From positions 163,063 through 227,062 of the forward strand of contig CAZCGQ010000001.1 in the NCBI GenBank assembly GCA_964498425.1: a stretch of DNA of 64,000 nucleotides. The letters run 5' to 3'. Each line of letters starts with the position of its first letter. Position 1 is the first letter of the stretch. Positions 1 to 8,941 of this stretch are shown one piece after another. The DNA comes from an uncultured Gammaproteobacteria bacterium. Lineage in GTDB: Bacteria; Patescibacteriota; Microgenomatia; UBA12405; JAHJSD01. The notes under the pieces are model-generated. The model searched no databases. It saw only the letters and a list, made by a program, of their open reading frames with translations, and had not been told where the DNA came from. Made by a program: the position numbers and the translations under genes.

Positions 1-958
1 CCCTTACTTCTTCCAAACCACGTCCGTCAATCCGATCTCCTTTTAGCATTCTTTTCCGAATCAACTTCTTAAATAAGGTGCGAACCGCTTGATCAACTAC
101 CTCCGAACCGTATTGTCCTTCATTTTTAAGTTCATCAATCAAACCGTCAATTAAACTAAAGTCCCCTTCTTTACGCTGATACATTTGATCAACGATATTA
201 TCAACGTCTCCTTCGATTTGAGACTGTAATTCCTCAATTTCTTTTTGCGGCGGTTTGTCATAATCCATCTTAGGTGTACCGGCTTCTTTTTGTAATTCAT
301 CCAAAGACTTAAGGATTTTGTCTCCTTCTTCTTTTGCCGCCTCAATTGCCCCTAAGAACTCTTCTTTAGGCAGTTGGTCAGCTCCACCTTCCATCATAAC
401 TACACCTTCTTTGCCAATTGTTACCAGCAAATCCAAATCTGAATTTTCTCTTTCTCCATTAGTCGGATTGACGAAATAATTGCCGTCCCGGTAAGCCATC
501 CGGATAACTCCAATCGGGCCGTCCCAGGGAATATCTGAAATATGAAGAGCCGCCGAAGCTCCTAGCGCAGCTAATACATCCGGGTCATTTTCATGATCAA
601 CAGAAAGAATCGTTGCTACAACCTGAGTTTCATTTTTAAATCCTTTTGGAAATAACGGTCGAATTGACCGGTCAATCATCCGGGCGGCTAAAACAGCTTC
701 GTCAGAGGGCTTTCCTTCTCTTTTTACCCACCGACTGCCTTTAATTATTCCACCAGCATAAAGACGCTCAACGTACTCTACGTACAGAGGGAAATAATCC
801 ATATCTGCACGGGATTGATTGGAAACAACTGTAACTAAAACAACTGTTCCTTCACACGAGACTTTAACAGCAGCATTCGCTTGATTGGCTAGTTTACCTG
901 TTTCGAGGACAACCTTCTTACCACCCAAGGAGAATTCCTTACTTATAATTTCATTCAT
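1..958 (-). CDS. pnp: Polynucleotide phosphorylase (PNPase), N-terminal ~319 aa; gene continues past the window start
   Basis: Minus-strand frame is open from the ATG at 958 to the window edge. My own translation reads MNEIISKEFSLGGKKVVLETGKLANQ...IDRSIRPLFPKGF...DGRGLEEVR, typical of the RNase-PH-like PNPase N-terminus. It sits in the canonical position directly downstream of rpsO. Confidence 0.85.
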   Translation of the reverse strand, partial: MNEIISKEFSLGGKKVVLETGKLANQANAAVKVSCEGTVVLVTVVSNQSRADMDYFPLYVEYVERLYAGGIIKGSRWVKREGKPSDEAVLAARMIDRSIRPLFPKGFKNETQVVATILSVDHENDPDVLAALGASAALHISDIPWDGPIGVIRMAYRDGNYFVNPTNGERENSDLDLLVTIGKEGVVMMEGGADQLPKEEFLGAIEAAKEEGDKILKSLDELQKEAGTPKMDYDKPPQKEIEELQSQIEGDVDNIVDQMYQRKEGDFSLIDGLIDELKNEGQYGSEVVDQAVRTLFKKLIRKRMLKGDRIDGRGLEEVR

Positions 959-976
959 CTTCTTGTCCGACTTATT

Positions 977-1246
977 TTATGCTTTTAACTTCAGTTTGTC
1001 AACCAGATCTTTATGTCTTTCTGGACTTCGTGAAGATAAATAACGCAATAATCTTCGTCTCTTAGCAATATCCTCAAGTAGAGCCATCTTCGCTGGAGTA
1101 TCATCTTTGTGCTCACCTAAATGCTCCTGCAAATTAGCTATCTTTTCAGTTAATAAAGCTACTTGAACCTCGGGAGAACCAGTGTCTCCCTTTTCTCGCT
1201 GAAACTTTTTAATGATTTTATCTTTTTTATCTTTGTCTAATGGCAT
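977..1246 (-). CDS. rpsO: 30S ribosomal protein S15
   Basis: Translation from the internal Met reads MPLDKDKKDKIIKKFQREKGDTGSPEVQVALLTEKIANLQEHL...RRRLLRYL, an S15 signature. The extra N-terminal residues of the listed ORF are upstream read-through. Confidence 0.9.
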   Translation of the reverse strand: MPLDKDKKDKIIKKFQREKGDTGSPEVQVALLTEKIANLQEHLGEHKDDTPAKMALLEDIAKRRRLLRYLSSRSPERHKDLVDKLKLKA

Positions 1247-1339
1247 ATTAAATGTTTCGTAACTAATAATAAACAAAAATCCGGCTGACCACAAGGATCA
1301 AACCGCATTACTCATAATTATAACATAGACCTAAGTCTA

Positions 1340-2206
1340 TTACTTTTTCGGAGTTGTAGCTCCTGTAAAAATTGGCGGTTTTTGCCACTCACTAACTGTT
1401 TTACCTTCCTTGCCTTCCGGCGAAGCTGACTCTTTCGCTTCTATTTCGCTTTCTTCAGCAACCGGCTTAGAAACAGGCCGTTGGCTGGATTGTTTTTCCT
1501 TTATCCTTAAGCAGTAAGCCGCTGTTTCCAAAGCAATAGAATCGGCCGTTTCAAAACCATTCGTACCCTTCTTTATTCCTTGGTAAAAATTATTGGCTGC
1601 TTTGGCCGGAATTTGAAAATCTCCCCGGCTAACCAAGGCAATTAATGACTCTGACAAACTAGCTTTATTCTCAACTACACTTACTTTGGCCCAATCTTTT
1701 TGATTATTGTTGTTTGATACCCAAACCCACTGTCCCTGTCCAGTTAAACCTTGCTCATTGGGCAAATTAACACCAACAATAAACCCTGCCGGGTAAGCCG
1801 GTTCCGGTTTCTTGATCTCAACATCCGCCGGGCTGACCGCCTGAGCATCAGGCCTAAAAATAACGTTTAACTTTAAGTTGTTACCTTCATCAACCCGGGC
1901 TACCCGTTCAATATCATCGATCGGGCACTTAAAAATTATTTCTAACTTTTTATCACCAGATTTAAGCTGATTCTTAAACTTTTCCAAACCATTTAATTCC
2001 GAATAATCACTGGCGTTAATTGTTTGAGGAGAGTAGAAATCAACTTCCTTACCTAAGCTCTCTAAAAGAATAGCTAAACCGCTGCCGGCAGCAATTGAAT
2101 CATAACTATCCGCTGCGACAGCAACTAAGAATTTATCATTATTTAAAATGATGCTGTTTGTTTGCTGAAACCGGTCGTCTTTTTGACCCTCAGTCTGCTT
2201 TTTCAT
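1340..2206 (-). CDS. DHH-family phosphoesterase-like protein (NrnA/RecJ-like fold, catalytic motifs degenerate)
   Basis: The N-terminus FLVAVAADSYDSIAAGSGLAILLESLG resembles DHH motif I/II (xPDxDxxGS) but has lost the His. No DHH triad is visible. Its position between infB and rpsO is where DHH nanoRNase genes sit in some actinobacterial operons. Confidence 0.35.
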   Translation of the reverse strand: MKKQTEGQKDDRFQQTNSIILNNDKFLVAVAADSYDSIAAGSGLAILLESLGKEVDFYSPQTINASDYSELNGLEKFKNQLKSGDKKLEIIFKCPIDDIERVARVDEGNNLKLNVIFRPDAQAVSPADVEIKKPEPAYPAGFIVGVNLPNEQGLTGQGQWVWVSNNNNQKDWAKVSVVENKASLSESLIALVSRGDFQIPAKAANNFYQGIKKGTNGFETADSIALETAAYCLRIKEKQSSQRPVSKPVAEESEIEAKESASPEGKEGKTVSEWQKPPIFTGATTPKK

Positions 2207-3614
2207 CCTTATAGGATATTATAACATCGCCTTTCCTAAAGTCAAGGGATGGGGAGAAGACTGCCCCGAACTCTTGGCCTTTGTTAGCTGTTTGAGTATC
2301 CTCTTTTCCGTGTCTCAATGAAGCCAAAACTGACTTAGCCACAACCTCTTCATTTCGCTGTAAAAAAACCTTTTGGCCTTGGTGAATCTTTCCTTCAACA
2401 ACTTCTCCGCCGGCAATTAACTTATCTCCCATTTTAAACTCCGCCAATATTTTGGCTTGACCCAAAATATCCTTGTTTTCCAGCGGGTCACGTTCCTCTT
2501 CCAACCGTTTTTCGATTTCTTCAAAAAGCTCATAAATAATATCGGCTTGTACAATTTCAACTTGACTTTGTTTGGCTAAACTTTTTACGGCTGAATTTAA
2601 CTTAACATTAAAAGCATAAATATTTGCCCCTGTGCTTTGGCCCATAAAAATATCTCTTTCAGTTACCGGTCCAACCCCGGAATTGATTACTTGAATTTCA
2701 TCCGGCAAGTTTGCCTTAATTGCTTCAATACTTCCACTAACATCGGTCTTTAAAATAACCTTTAACTTCCCCTCTTCTTCACCGACCTTTTCCATAACTT
2801 CCTGCGGTTCTTGAGGGGTCTTGCTGACTACCGCTCCAACAGGGGGAGCATCTTTAAAACCAAGAACTTCGACCGGGTCCCCAGGAAGTGCTTGGTCAAC
2901 CTGCTCTCCCCGCCAGTTAGTCAAAGCCCGCACTTTAGCTGGCATTTTTTCTGCATAAATTTCTTCGCCTCTTTTTAACTGGCCGTTTTTAACTAAGACT
3001 GTTGCTAGAGCTCCCCGCTGGCGGTCTAAACTGGATTCAATGACCACTCCCTTTAACTCTCCCTCCGGATCAGCTGTTAATTCTTCCATTTCTGCCATTA
3101 AATTAATCATTTCTAACAAATCATCTATTCCCTCACCTGTTTGAGCCGAGAGCGGGACAGCGACAATATCCCCACCGTAGTCTTCAGGAACAATACCGAT
3201 CTCGGACAACTGCCCTTTAACCTTATCAATGTTAGCGTCCGGTAAATCAATCTTATTTATTGCCACTAAGAAGGGAACCTCTGCCACTTGAATATACTTA
3301 TAGCTTTCTTCTGTTTGTTCTTGAACACCCTCATCAGCGGCAACGACCAAAATTACTAAGTCCGTGACCTCAACGCCCCTTGCTCTCATTTTAGAAAAGG
3401 CAGCGTGCCCGGGAGTATCAATGAAAGTTATTCCCTCAACTTGGTAGGCCCCAATATGCTGAGTAATACCACCTGGTTCACCTGAAGCTATTCGTGTCTG
3501 GCGGATTTTATCAAGAAGGGTAGTTTTACCGTGATCGATATGACCAACTAAAGCGACGACTGGGGGTCTGGTTATACTGGTAGTTTTCTTTTTTTTCTTT
3601 GCCTTTTTGGTCAT
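2190..3614 (-). CDS. infB: Translation initiation factor IF-2 (short form lacking the long N-terminal region)
   Basis: G-domain motifs VALVGHIDHGKTTLLD, DTPGH and NKID are present, followed by the IF2 C-terminal beta-barrel domains. It lies immediately downstream of nusA. Confidence 0.93.
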   Translation of the reverse strand: MTKKAKKKKKTTSITRPPVVALVGHIDHGKTTLLDKIRQTRIASGEPGGITQHIGAYQVEGITFIDTPGHAAFSKMRARGVEVTDLVILVVAADEGVQEQTEESYKYIQVAEVPFLVAINKIDLPDANIDKVKGQLSEIGIVPEDYGGDIVAVPLSAQTGEGIDDLLEMINLMAEMEELTADPEGELKGVVIESSLDRQRGALATVLVKNGQLKRGEEIYAEKMPAKVRALTNWRGEQVDQALPGDPVEVLGFKDAPPVGAVVSKTPQEPQEVMEKVGEEEGKLKVILKTDVSGSIEAIKANLPDEIQVINSGVGPVTERDIFMGQSTGANIYAFNVKLNSAVKSLAKQSQVEIVQADIIYELFEEIEKRLEEERDPLENKDILGQAKILAEFKMGDKLIAGGEVVEGKIHQGQKVFLQRNEEVVAKSVLASLRHGKEDTQTANKGQEFGAVFSPSLDFRKGDVIISYKDEKAD

Positions 3615-3628
3615 AGTAAACTCCTTGC

Positions 3629-4768
3629 CTATTCATCGCCGTTATCTTCGCTAATTTCTTCTTTTTCCTCGGAATTTCCTTCTTTATCACTAACATCCTC
3701 TAATCCTTCATCCTCGTCCTCACTCTTCTCCTCAGTATTCTCTTCCTCATCACTAGATTCCTCTTTCACTTCTTTCTTTCCTTCTTTAGGTTCTACCTTT
3801 ATTTGATAGCCAGTTAATTCTCCAGCTAGAGAAACATTTTCTCCCCCATCACCAATTGCCATTGCTAATTCCTCTTCTGCAACTTTTACAACTGCTTTCT
3901 TTTCCTCATCATCAACAGTAACCACTTCTACATCATCAGCCGGAGATAGAGCAGAGGCGATAAAATTATCGGTTTGCTTACTGTAAGGGATAACATCAAT
4001 CTTTTCATCATTAAGCTCCTTTATTACCGCCTGAACCCTTACCCCTTTTTGACCAACACATGATCCAACCGGATCAACCCCAGGCTGGTTAGAATCAACT
4101 GCAATCTTCGTTCGTTGACCTGGACGTCGAGCCACATGCTTAATTTCAACTGCTTCTGAATTCACTTCTGGGACTTCACGTTTAAACAATCCAACCACTA
4201 GCTCCGGTGAAGCTCGAGAAACAATAATTGTTTTTTGCTGTTCGTCTTCGGCAATTTCCTTAACATAAAAAGAAAGGTGTCGTGAAGAGTAGTAGTCCTC
4301 TCCCTTTACCTGTTCGCTTTTGGGCATTTCGGCTTCTGCCTTGCCAATACCAACGATTATTTTTGGCCCCTCATGGCGTAAAATTACACCTCGAACTAAA
4401 GTGCCAACCTGGTCCTTAAACTGGGAAATCAACGAATCTTTCTCTGCTTCTCTGATTTTCTGAAGAATTACCTGCTTGGCGGTTTGGGCAGCAATTCGGC
4501 CAAATCCGGGAGGAGTTACATCCTCTACTTCCCCGTCCTCATCTTCATAAATAATCTTAGTTTCTCCGGTTTCCGAATCCAACTCTATCTTATATTCTCC
4601 TTCTTCTTTCAGCTCTTCTTCTCTCTCGCGCACATCCCGACGAAAGGCAGCCAGTATTGCTTCCTGAACAGAAGAAATAACCACTTCTGTGTCAATATTG
4701 CGCTCACCGGCAATTTGAGCAACCGCAGCTGCAAATTCAGTTTTCGGAATTTTCTTCAAATCAATCAT
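3629..4768 (-). CDS. nusA: Transcription termination/antitermination factor NusA with an acidic C-terminal tail
   Basis: Shows the NusA N-terminal domain and S1/KH regions (MIDLKKIPKTEF...GERNIDTEVV...VGQKGVRVQAV). Sits in the nusA-infB gene order. Confidence 0.9.
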   Translation of the reverse strand: MIDLKKIPKTEFAAAVAQIAGERNIDTEVVISSVQEAILAAFRRDVREREEELKEEGEYKIELDSETGETKIIYEDEDGEVEDVTPPGFGRIAAQTAKQVILQKIREAEKDSLISQFKDQVGTLVRGVILRHEGPKIIVGIGKAEAEMPKSEQVKGEDYYSSRHLSFYVKEIAEDEQQKTIIVSRASPELVVGLFKREVPEVNSEAVEIKHVARRPGQRTKIAVDSNQPGVDPVGSCVGQKGVRVQAVIKELNDEKIDVIPYSKQTDNFIASALSPADDVEVVTVDDEEKKAVVKVAEEELAMAIGDGGENVSLAGELTGYQIKVEPKEGKKEVKEESSDEEENTEEKSEDEDEGLEDVSDKEGNSEEKEEISEDNGDE

Positions 4769-4888
4769 ATCTGTTGCAGTTTACCAAATACGAAGTTAAA
4801 TATCAATCATACCCCTCACCTCTTAATAAGATTAACACCGCCTAAGCACTAAATACTATAATGAAACGAATCATTGTAGTCTTTGAAT

Positions 4889-6148
4889 TTAGGTTTTTCT
4901 GCTTTTGAGCTTTTTGTGAAGATATTTCTGGGCGAAGCGGTGGGCTTCGTCACGAGCAACCTGAAGAAGCTTCAGGGCCGGAGAGTTTTTGGGCAAGTTC
5001 ACCCGATTAACTCCACCAATCTTATTTCCTTGAATTTTTGGAATAACCAATGTTTCTTTCTCCTTCGCCAAACCGATTAAACCCGTTTCACCCAAAATAT
5101 CGAATTGGCGTAGAACCGGGACAACCGCTCTTAACTGCGGTCTACCACCATCAATGAGAATTAACTGTGGGTATAACCACTCTTCGTGGTTCAAACGTCT
5201 GGTCAGTACCTCCGCTAAAGCCCTCGGATCGTCCTGTCCCTGCCGGCGAATCTTAAACATCCGATACTGACTGGAATCAATTTCACCATTCATTAATACG
5301 GTCATTGCCCCAACAATTAACTTGTCTGACAAGTTAGCAATATCATAGGCCTCAATCCGCTGAAGGTAAAACGGATCAACACCTTGATTGGCAATCAACA
5401 ACCTCTTTATTTTTTTTAATCCGGTATCAATTTTCAGCTCCTGGCCAGACAGGCGTTTAGAAGAATAAATAATTCTCTCCAGCTGGTCAATTTGATTTTT
5501 AATTTCCTGGGCCTGCTCAAACTGCTGATTATCAGCATATTCTTCCATTTCACTTTTCAAGCGATTGAGCAATTCTTCGGATTGGCCTGAAAAAAACAAT
5601 ATAATATTGTTAATGTTTTCCATATACTCTTCTTTGCTGACAATTCCCGGTCCCGGACAAAGGTCAATTTGGTAATAAAGGCAGGGTCTCTTTCTGCCCG
5701 GAGAGCAGGAACAGTAAGGAAATATCCGTCTTATCCACCGTAATAACTGCTTTAAAGCCGCTGAGGAAGGAAACGGACCGGCCCAAAATTTTAAGCTCTC
5801 TAGCTCCGGCCGACGAACAACCTTAATTCTAGGATATTCATCATCAGTAATTCCCAAATACAAATGCCGCTTGCCGTCCTTTAACTGGACATTGTATTTC
5901 GGCTTATACTGCTTGATCAATTTTGCCTCTACTACTGTTGCCATTGCTTCTGAAGTAGTTTCATTCCAATCAACACTCTCTGCTTTGGCAAGCATTTTTT
6001 CGGTTTTAATATCAACCGGATCACGGAAATACTGCCTTATTCTCGAACGCAAACTCGTTGCTTTGCCGACATACAGAACTTTGTTGTTTTTGTCCTTAAA
6101 CCAGTACACACCTGGTTTCCGCGGTACCTTCTTAAAATCAACTTTCAT
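4889..6148 (-). CDS. uvrC: Excinuclease ABC subunit C (short form lacking the C-terminal (HhH)2 domain)
   Basis: Has the GIY-YIG N-terminus (PGVYWFKDKNNKVLYVGKATSLRSRIRQYF), a UVR domain (QQFEQAQEIKNQIDQLE) and the endonuclease-domain motif ARDEAHRFA near the C-terminus. It is 419 aa versus ~600 typical. Confidence 0.85.
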   Translation of the reverse strand: MKVDFKKVPRKPGVYWFKDKNNKVLYVGKATSLRSRIRQYFRDPVDIKTEKMLAKAESVDWNETTSEAMATVVEAKLIKQYKPKYNVQLKDGKRHLYLGITDDEYPRIKVVRRPELESLKFWAGPFPSSAALKQLLRWIRRIFPYCSCSPGRKRPCLYYQIDLCPGPGIVSKEEYMENINNIILFFSGQSEELLNRLKSEMEEYADNQQFEQAQEIKNQIDQLERIIYSSKRLSGQELKIDTGLKKIKRLLIANQGVDPFYLQRIEAYDIANLSDKLIVGAMTVLMNGEIDSSQYRMFKIRRQGQDDPRALAEVLTRRLNHEEWLYPQLILIDGGRPQLRAVVPVLRQFDILGETGLIGLAKEKETLVIPKIQGNKIGGVNRVNLPKNSPALKLLQVARDEAHRFAQKYLHKKLKSRKT

Positions 6149-6164
6149 AGTTATAGTCTCATTT

Positions 6165-6192
6165 GTAGGGACAATCCTAGGATTGTCCCTAC
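6165..6192. repeat. 28-bp perfect palindrome GTAGGGACAATCCTAGGATTGTCCCTAC (copy 1)
   Basis: Read directly. Lies in the 50-nt uvrA stop / uvrC start spacer. Confidence 0.8.
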
Positions 6193-6198
6193 CATTAA

Positions 6199-8847
6199 TT
6201 ACAAATATTTTCTGGTGATTGAGGCGTCGATTGTTTTCAATTCCTCTGGTGTACCTTCGGCAATGAGATGACCACCAGCATTGCCGCCAGTTGGACCAAG
6301 TTCAACTACCCAATCTGCCTGCCGAATAATCTCCAGACTGTGTTCGATAATAATAATAGTATGCCCGCGGTCAATCAGCTTTCGCAAAACCGCCAAAAGT
6401 TTCTCCAAATCAGCGTAATGCAAGCCAGTCGTCGGCTCATCAAGCAAATAAACTGTCGGCTTATTTTTTTTCTTAACCAACTCCCTGGCTAATTTTAATC
6501 TCTGTGCCTCCCCGCCAGACAAGGTCGGAGAAATCTGGCCCAGCTCCAGATAACCCAAGCCAATGTTCGATAAAAGATCCAACTTGGACTTTATCTTCGG
6601 GTGTTTGGCAAAAAAATCAACTGCTTCATCAACTGTCATTTCTAAAACCTCGGCAATATTCTTTCCACGATAACCAATTTCCAAAACCGCTTCTTTATAC
6701 CTTGCCCCATCGCACTCTTCACATTTAACTGAAACATCCGGCAAAAACTCCATTTTTATTTCAATTTCACCCCTGCCCTCGCAATGGGGACACCGACCCT
6801 TTTTAACGTTAAATGAAAAATGGCTTTTGGTGAACCCCTTTAACTTTGATTCTTTGGTTTCGGCGAATAAATCACGAATATCATCAAAAACACCAATGTA
6901 AGTTGCCGGGTTGCTTCTTGAAGACCGACCAATCGGACTTTGATCAACAATCAATGCTCGCTCAATTTTTTCAAACCCCTTTAATGAACTATGCTCCCCA
7001 GCCTGTTGATGAAAATGGCCATAAATCTCACGTTTTAGAGCCGGGTATAGGGTGTCTTTAACCAAAGTTGATTTGCCAGAACCAGAAACCCCAGCAACCA
7101 CCGACATCGCTCCTAAAGGAAACTTGGCAGAAATATTTTTTAAATTATGCTCCTGACAGCCTAATATTTCCAACCACTGGGTATCCTCACTAATACTTTT
7201 TTTGCCCAAATCCTTAACTTTTTTTCTTCCACTTAAATAACCACCGGTCAAAGATTTCTCATTCTCCATTAATTCTTCCGGCGCTTGAGCGGCAACAATA
7301 TTTCCACCCTTCTTGCCCGCTCCTGGACCAAATTCAATTAAGTAATCGGCCTGGTTGAGAACATTTTCGTCATGCTCAACTAATATAACTGTATTGCCCA
7401 AATCCCTCAATCGTTCCAAAGTTTTAGTTAACCTGCCGATGTCGTGGGGATGTAAACCGATTGTCGGCTCATCAAGAATATAAAGGACGCCGGTTAAGCC
7501 CGTCCCAAGTTGACTGGCCAAATTAATTCGCTGGGCTTCACCGGCTGACAAAGTAGTTGCCTCACGAGACAAGGTCAGATAATCAACCCCAACAGCAATT
7601 AAAAAATCAACCCGTGATTCCAACTCAGAAATAATCAATTCCGCTACCTTTTGGTCAAATATAGAATCCAAATTTCTTAAACCCCTAATCCAATCCAGCA
7701 ACTCCTGTAAAGACATTTCCGATACCTGAGCGATATTCAAATCATCAACAACAACCGACCGAGGTTCATCCTTAAGTCTTGTCCCCTGACATTCCGAACA
7801 AGTTTGTTTAACCATATATTTTTCTAGATGCCGACGAAGGGAATCATAACGGGTTGTCAGATACTGCCGCTTAATTTTTCTTGCCTTGGCCGGTGAAACC
7901 TGACTTAAATCCGGCTTTAAAATCATTCCTAATCCACGACATTTGGGGCAGGCCCCAAGAGGAGAATTAAATGAAAATAATCGCGGCCGAAGCGGCGGCA
8001 AAGAAATTTGGCAGTTGGGACAAGAAAACTGCCGTGAATAGAGAGTGTCTTCAACCTTCTTTGGTCGGTCCGGAAAATCAAAACCGGCATCATTAATCTG
8101 GGATAAAACTGCTAATCCATCAGATAACTCGAAAGCAATTTCGATATCATCAACCAAACGCTGACTAAAGTCCTTTTCATTATCCGGCACGCTGGTTAAA
8201 TTAATTTTGTCAACAACAACACTAATGTTATGGCGATTAGTCCGGATTAAAACGATATCTTCGTCAAGGTAATAAAACTGGTTGTCAATTCGCACCTGCT
8301 GAAAACCTTTTTTAGCCAAGTTTGTGAATAATTGACTAAATTCCCCCTTTTTGCTCCGAACAACCGGCGATAGAATTAAAAATCTGGCCTTACCTTGAGT
8401 GGCAATTAAATTCTGAACCTCGGTAAAGATCTGATCAGCAACCTGCTGAGGGGTCTGACGCTCAATCGGCTGACCGCAAGACGGACATTGGGGCGTGCCA
8501 ATCTTTGCATAAAGCAAACGTAAATAATCATAAACCTCGGTTGCCGTACCAACAGTTGACCGCGGGTTATGTGATAACCCTTTTTGGTCAATGGCAATTG
8601 CTGGCGATAAACCATCGATTTGGTCAACATCCGGCTTAGAAGCAACTCCTAAGAATTGCCGGGCGTAGGTGTTTAAGGACTGGACATACCGACGTTGACC
8701 CTCAGCAAAGAGGGTATCCATGGCTAAACTAGATTTTCCGGAACCAGAAACACCGCAAAAAACAATCAATTTGTTTTTGGGAATCTCCAAATCAACGTTT
8801 TTTAGGTTGTGTTCCCGTGCTCCTTTGATTTTAATTTTATCTTCCAT
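6199..8847 (-). CDS. uvrA: Excinuclease ABC subunit A
   Basis: Two ABC ATPase modules (GVSGSGKSSLA and GVSGSGKSTLV), ABC signature motifs and Zn-finger cysteines. Length is 882 aa. Confidence 0.93.
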   Translation of the reverse strand: MEDKIKIKGAREHNLKNVDLEIPKNKLIVFCGVSGSGKSSLAMDTLFAEGQRRYVQSLNTYARQFLGVASKPDVDQIDGLSPAIAIDQKGLSHNPRSTVGTATEVYDYLRLLYAKIGTPQCPSCGQPIERQTPQQVADQIFTEVQNLIATQGKARFLILSPVVRSKKGEFSQLFTNLAKKGFQQVRIDNQFYYLDEDIVLIRTNRHNISVVVDKINLTSVPDNEKDFSQRLVDDIEIAFELSDGLAVLSQINDAGFDFPDRPKKVEDTLYSRQFSCPNCQISLPPLRPRLFSFNSPLGACPKCRGLGMILKPDLSQVSPAKARKIKRQYLTTRYDSLRRHLEKYMVKQTCSECQGTRLKDEPRSVVVDDLNIAQVSEMSLQELLDWIRGLRNLDSIFDQKVAELIISELESRVDFLIAVGVDYLTLSREATTLSAGEAQRINLASQLGTGLTGVLYILDEPTIGLHPHDIGRLTKTLERLRDLGNTVILVEHDENVLNQADYLIEFGPGAGKKGGNIVAAQAPEELMENEKSLTGGYLSGRKKVKDLGKKSISEDTQWLEILGCQEHNLKNISAKFPLGAMSVVAGVSGSGKSTLVKDTLYPALKREIYGHFHQQAGEHSSLKGFEKIERALIVDQSPIGRSSRSNPATYIGVFDDIRDLFAETKESKLKGFTKSHFSFNVKKGRCPHCEGRGEIEIKMEFLPDVSVKCEECDGARYKEAVLEIGYRGKNIAEVLEMTVDEAVDFFAKHPKIKSKLDLLSNIGLGYLELGQISPTLSGGEAQRLKLARELVKKKNKPTVYLLDEPTTGLHYADLEKLLAVLRKLIDRGHTIIIIEHSLEIIRQADWVVELGPTGGNAGGHLIAEGTPEELKTIDASITRKYL

Positions 8848-8884
8848 CGCAGTGTTATATTATACGAACTCTGACAAATTTCAA

Positions 8885-8940
8885 CCCCAAGGTTCAAACC
8901 TAGACAACCTTCAAGGTTGATTGCTACCTGAACCTTGGGT
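8885..8940 (-). terminator. Compound hairpin downstream of uvrB (CCCAAGGTTCA...TGAACCTTGGG with an inner CAACC-TTCAA-GGTTG)
   Basis: An 11-bp inverted repeat enclosing a second hairpin, followed on the minus strand by the U-rich TTGAAATTTGTC. Confidence 0.35.
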
Positions 8941-8941
8941 A

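Noticed and set aside
4484-4852. 122-aa plus-strand ORF overlapping the 5' end of nusA
   Set aside because: Antisense to the conserved nusA coding sequence, hydrophobic low-complexity translation, and no RBS or start context.
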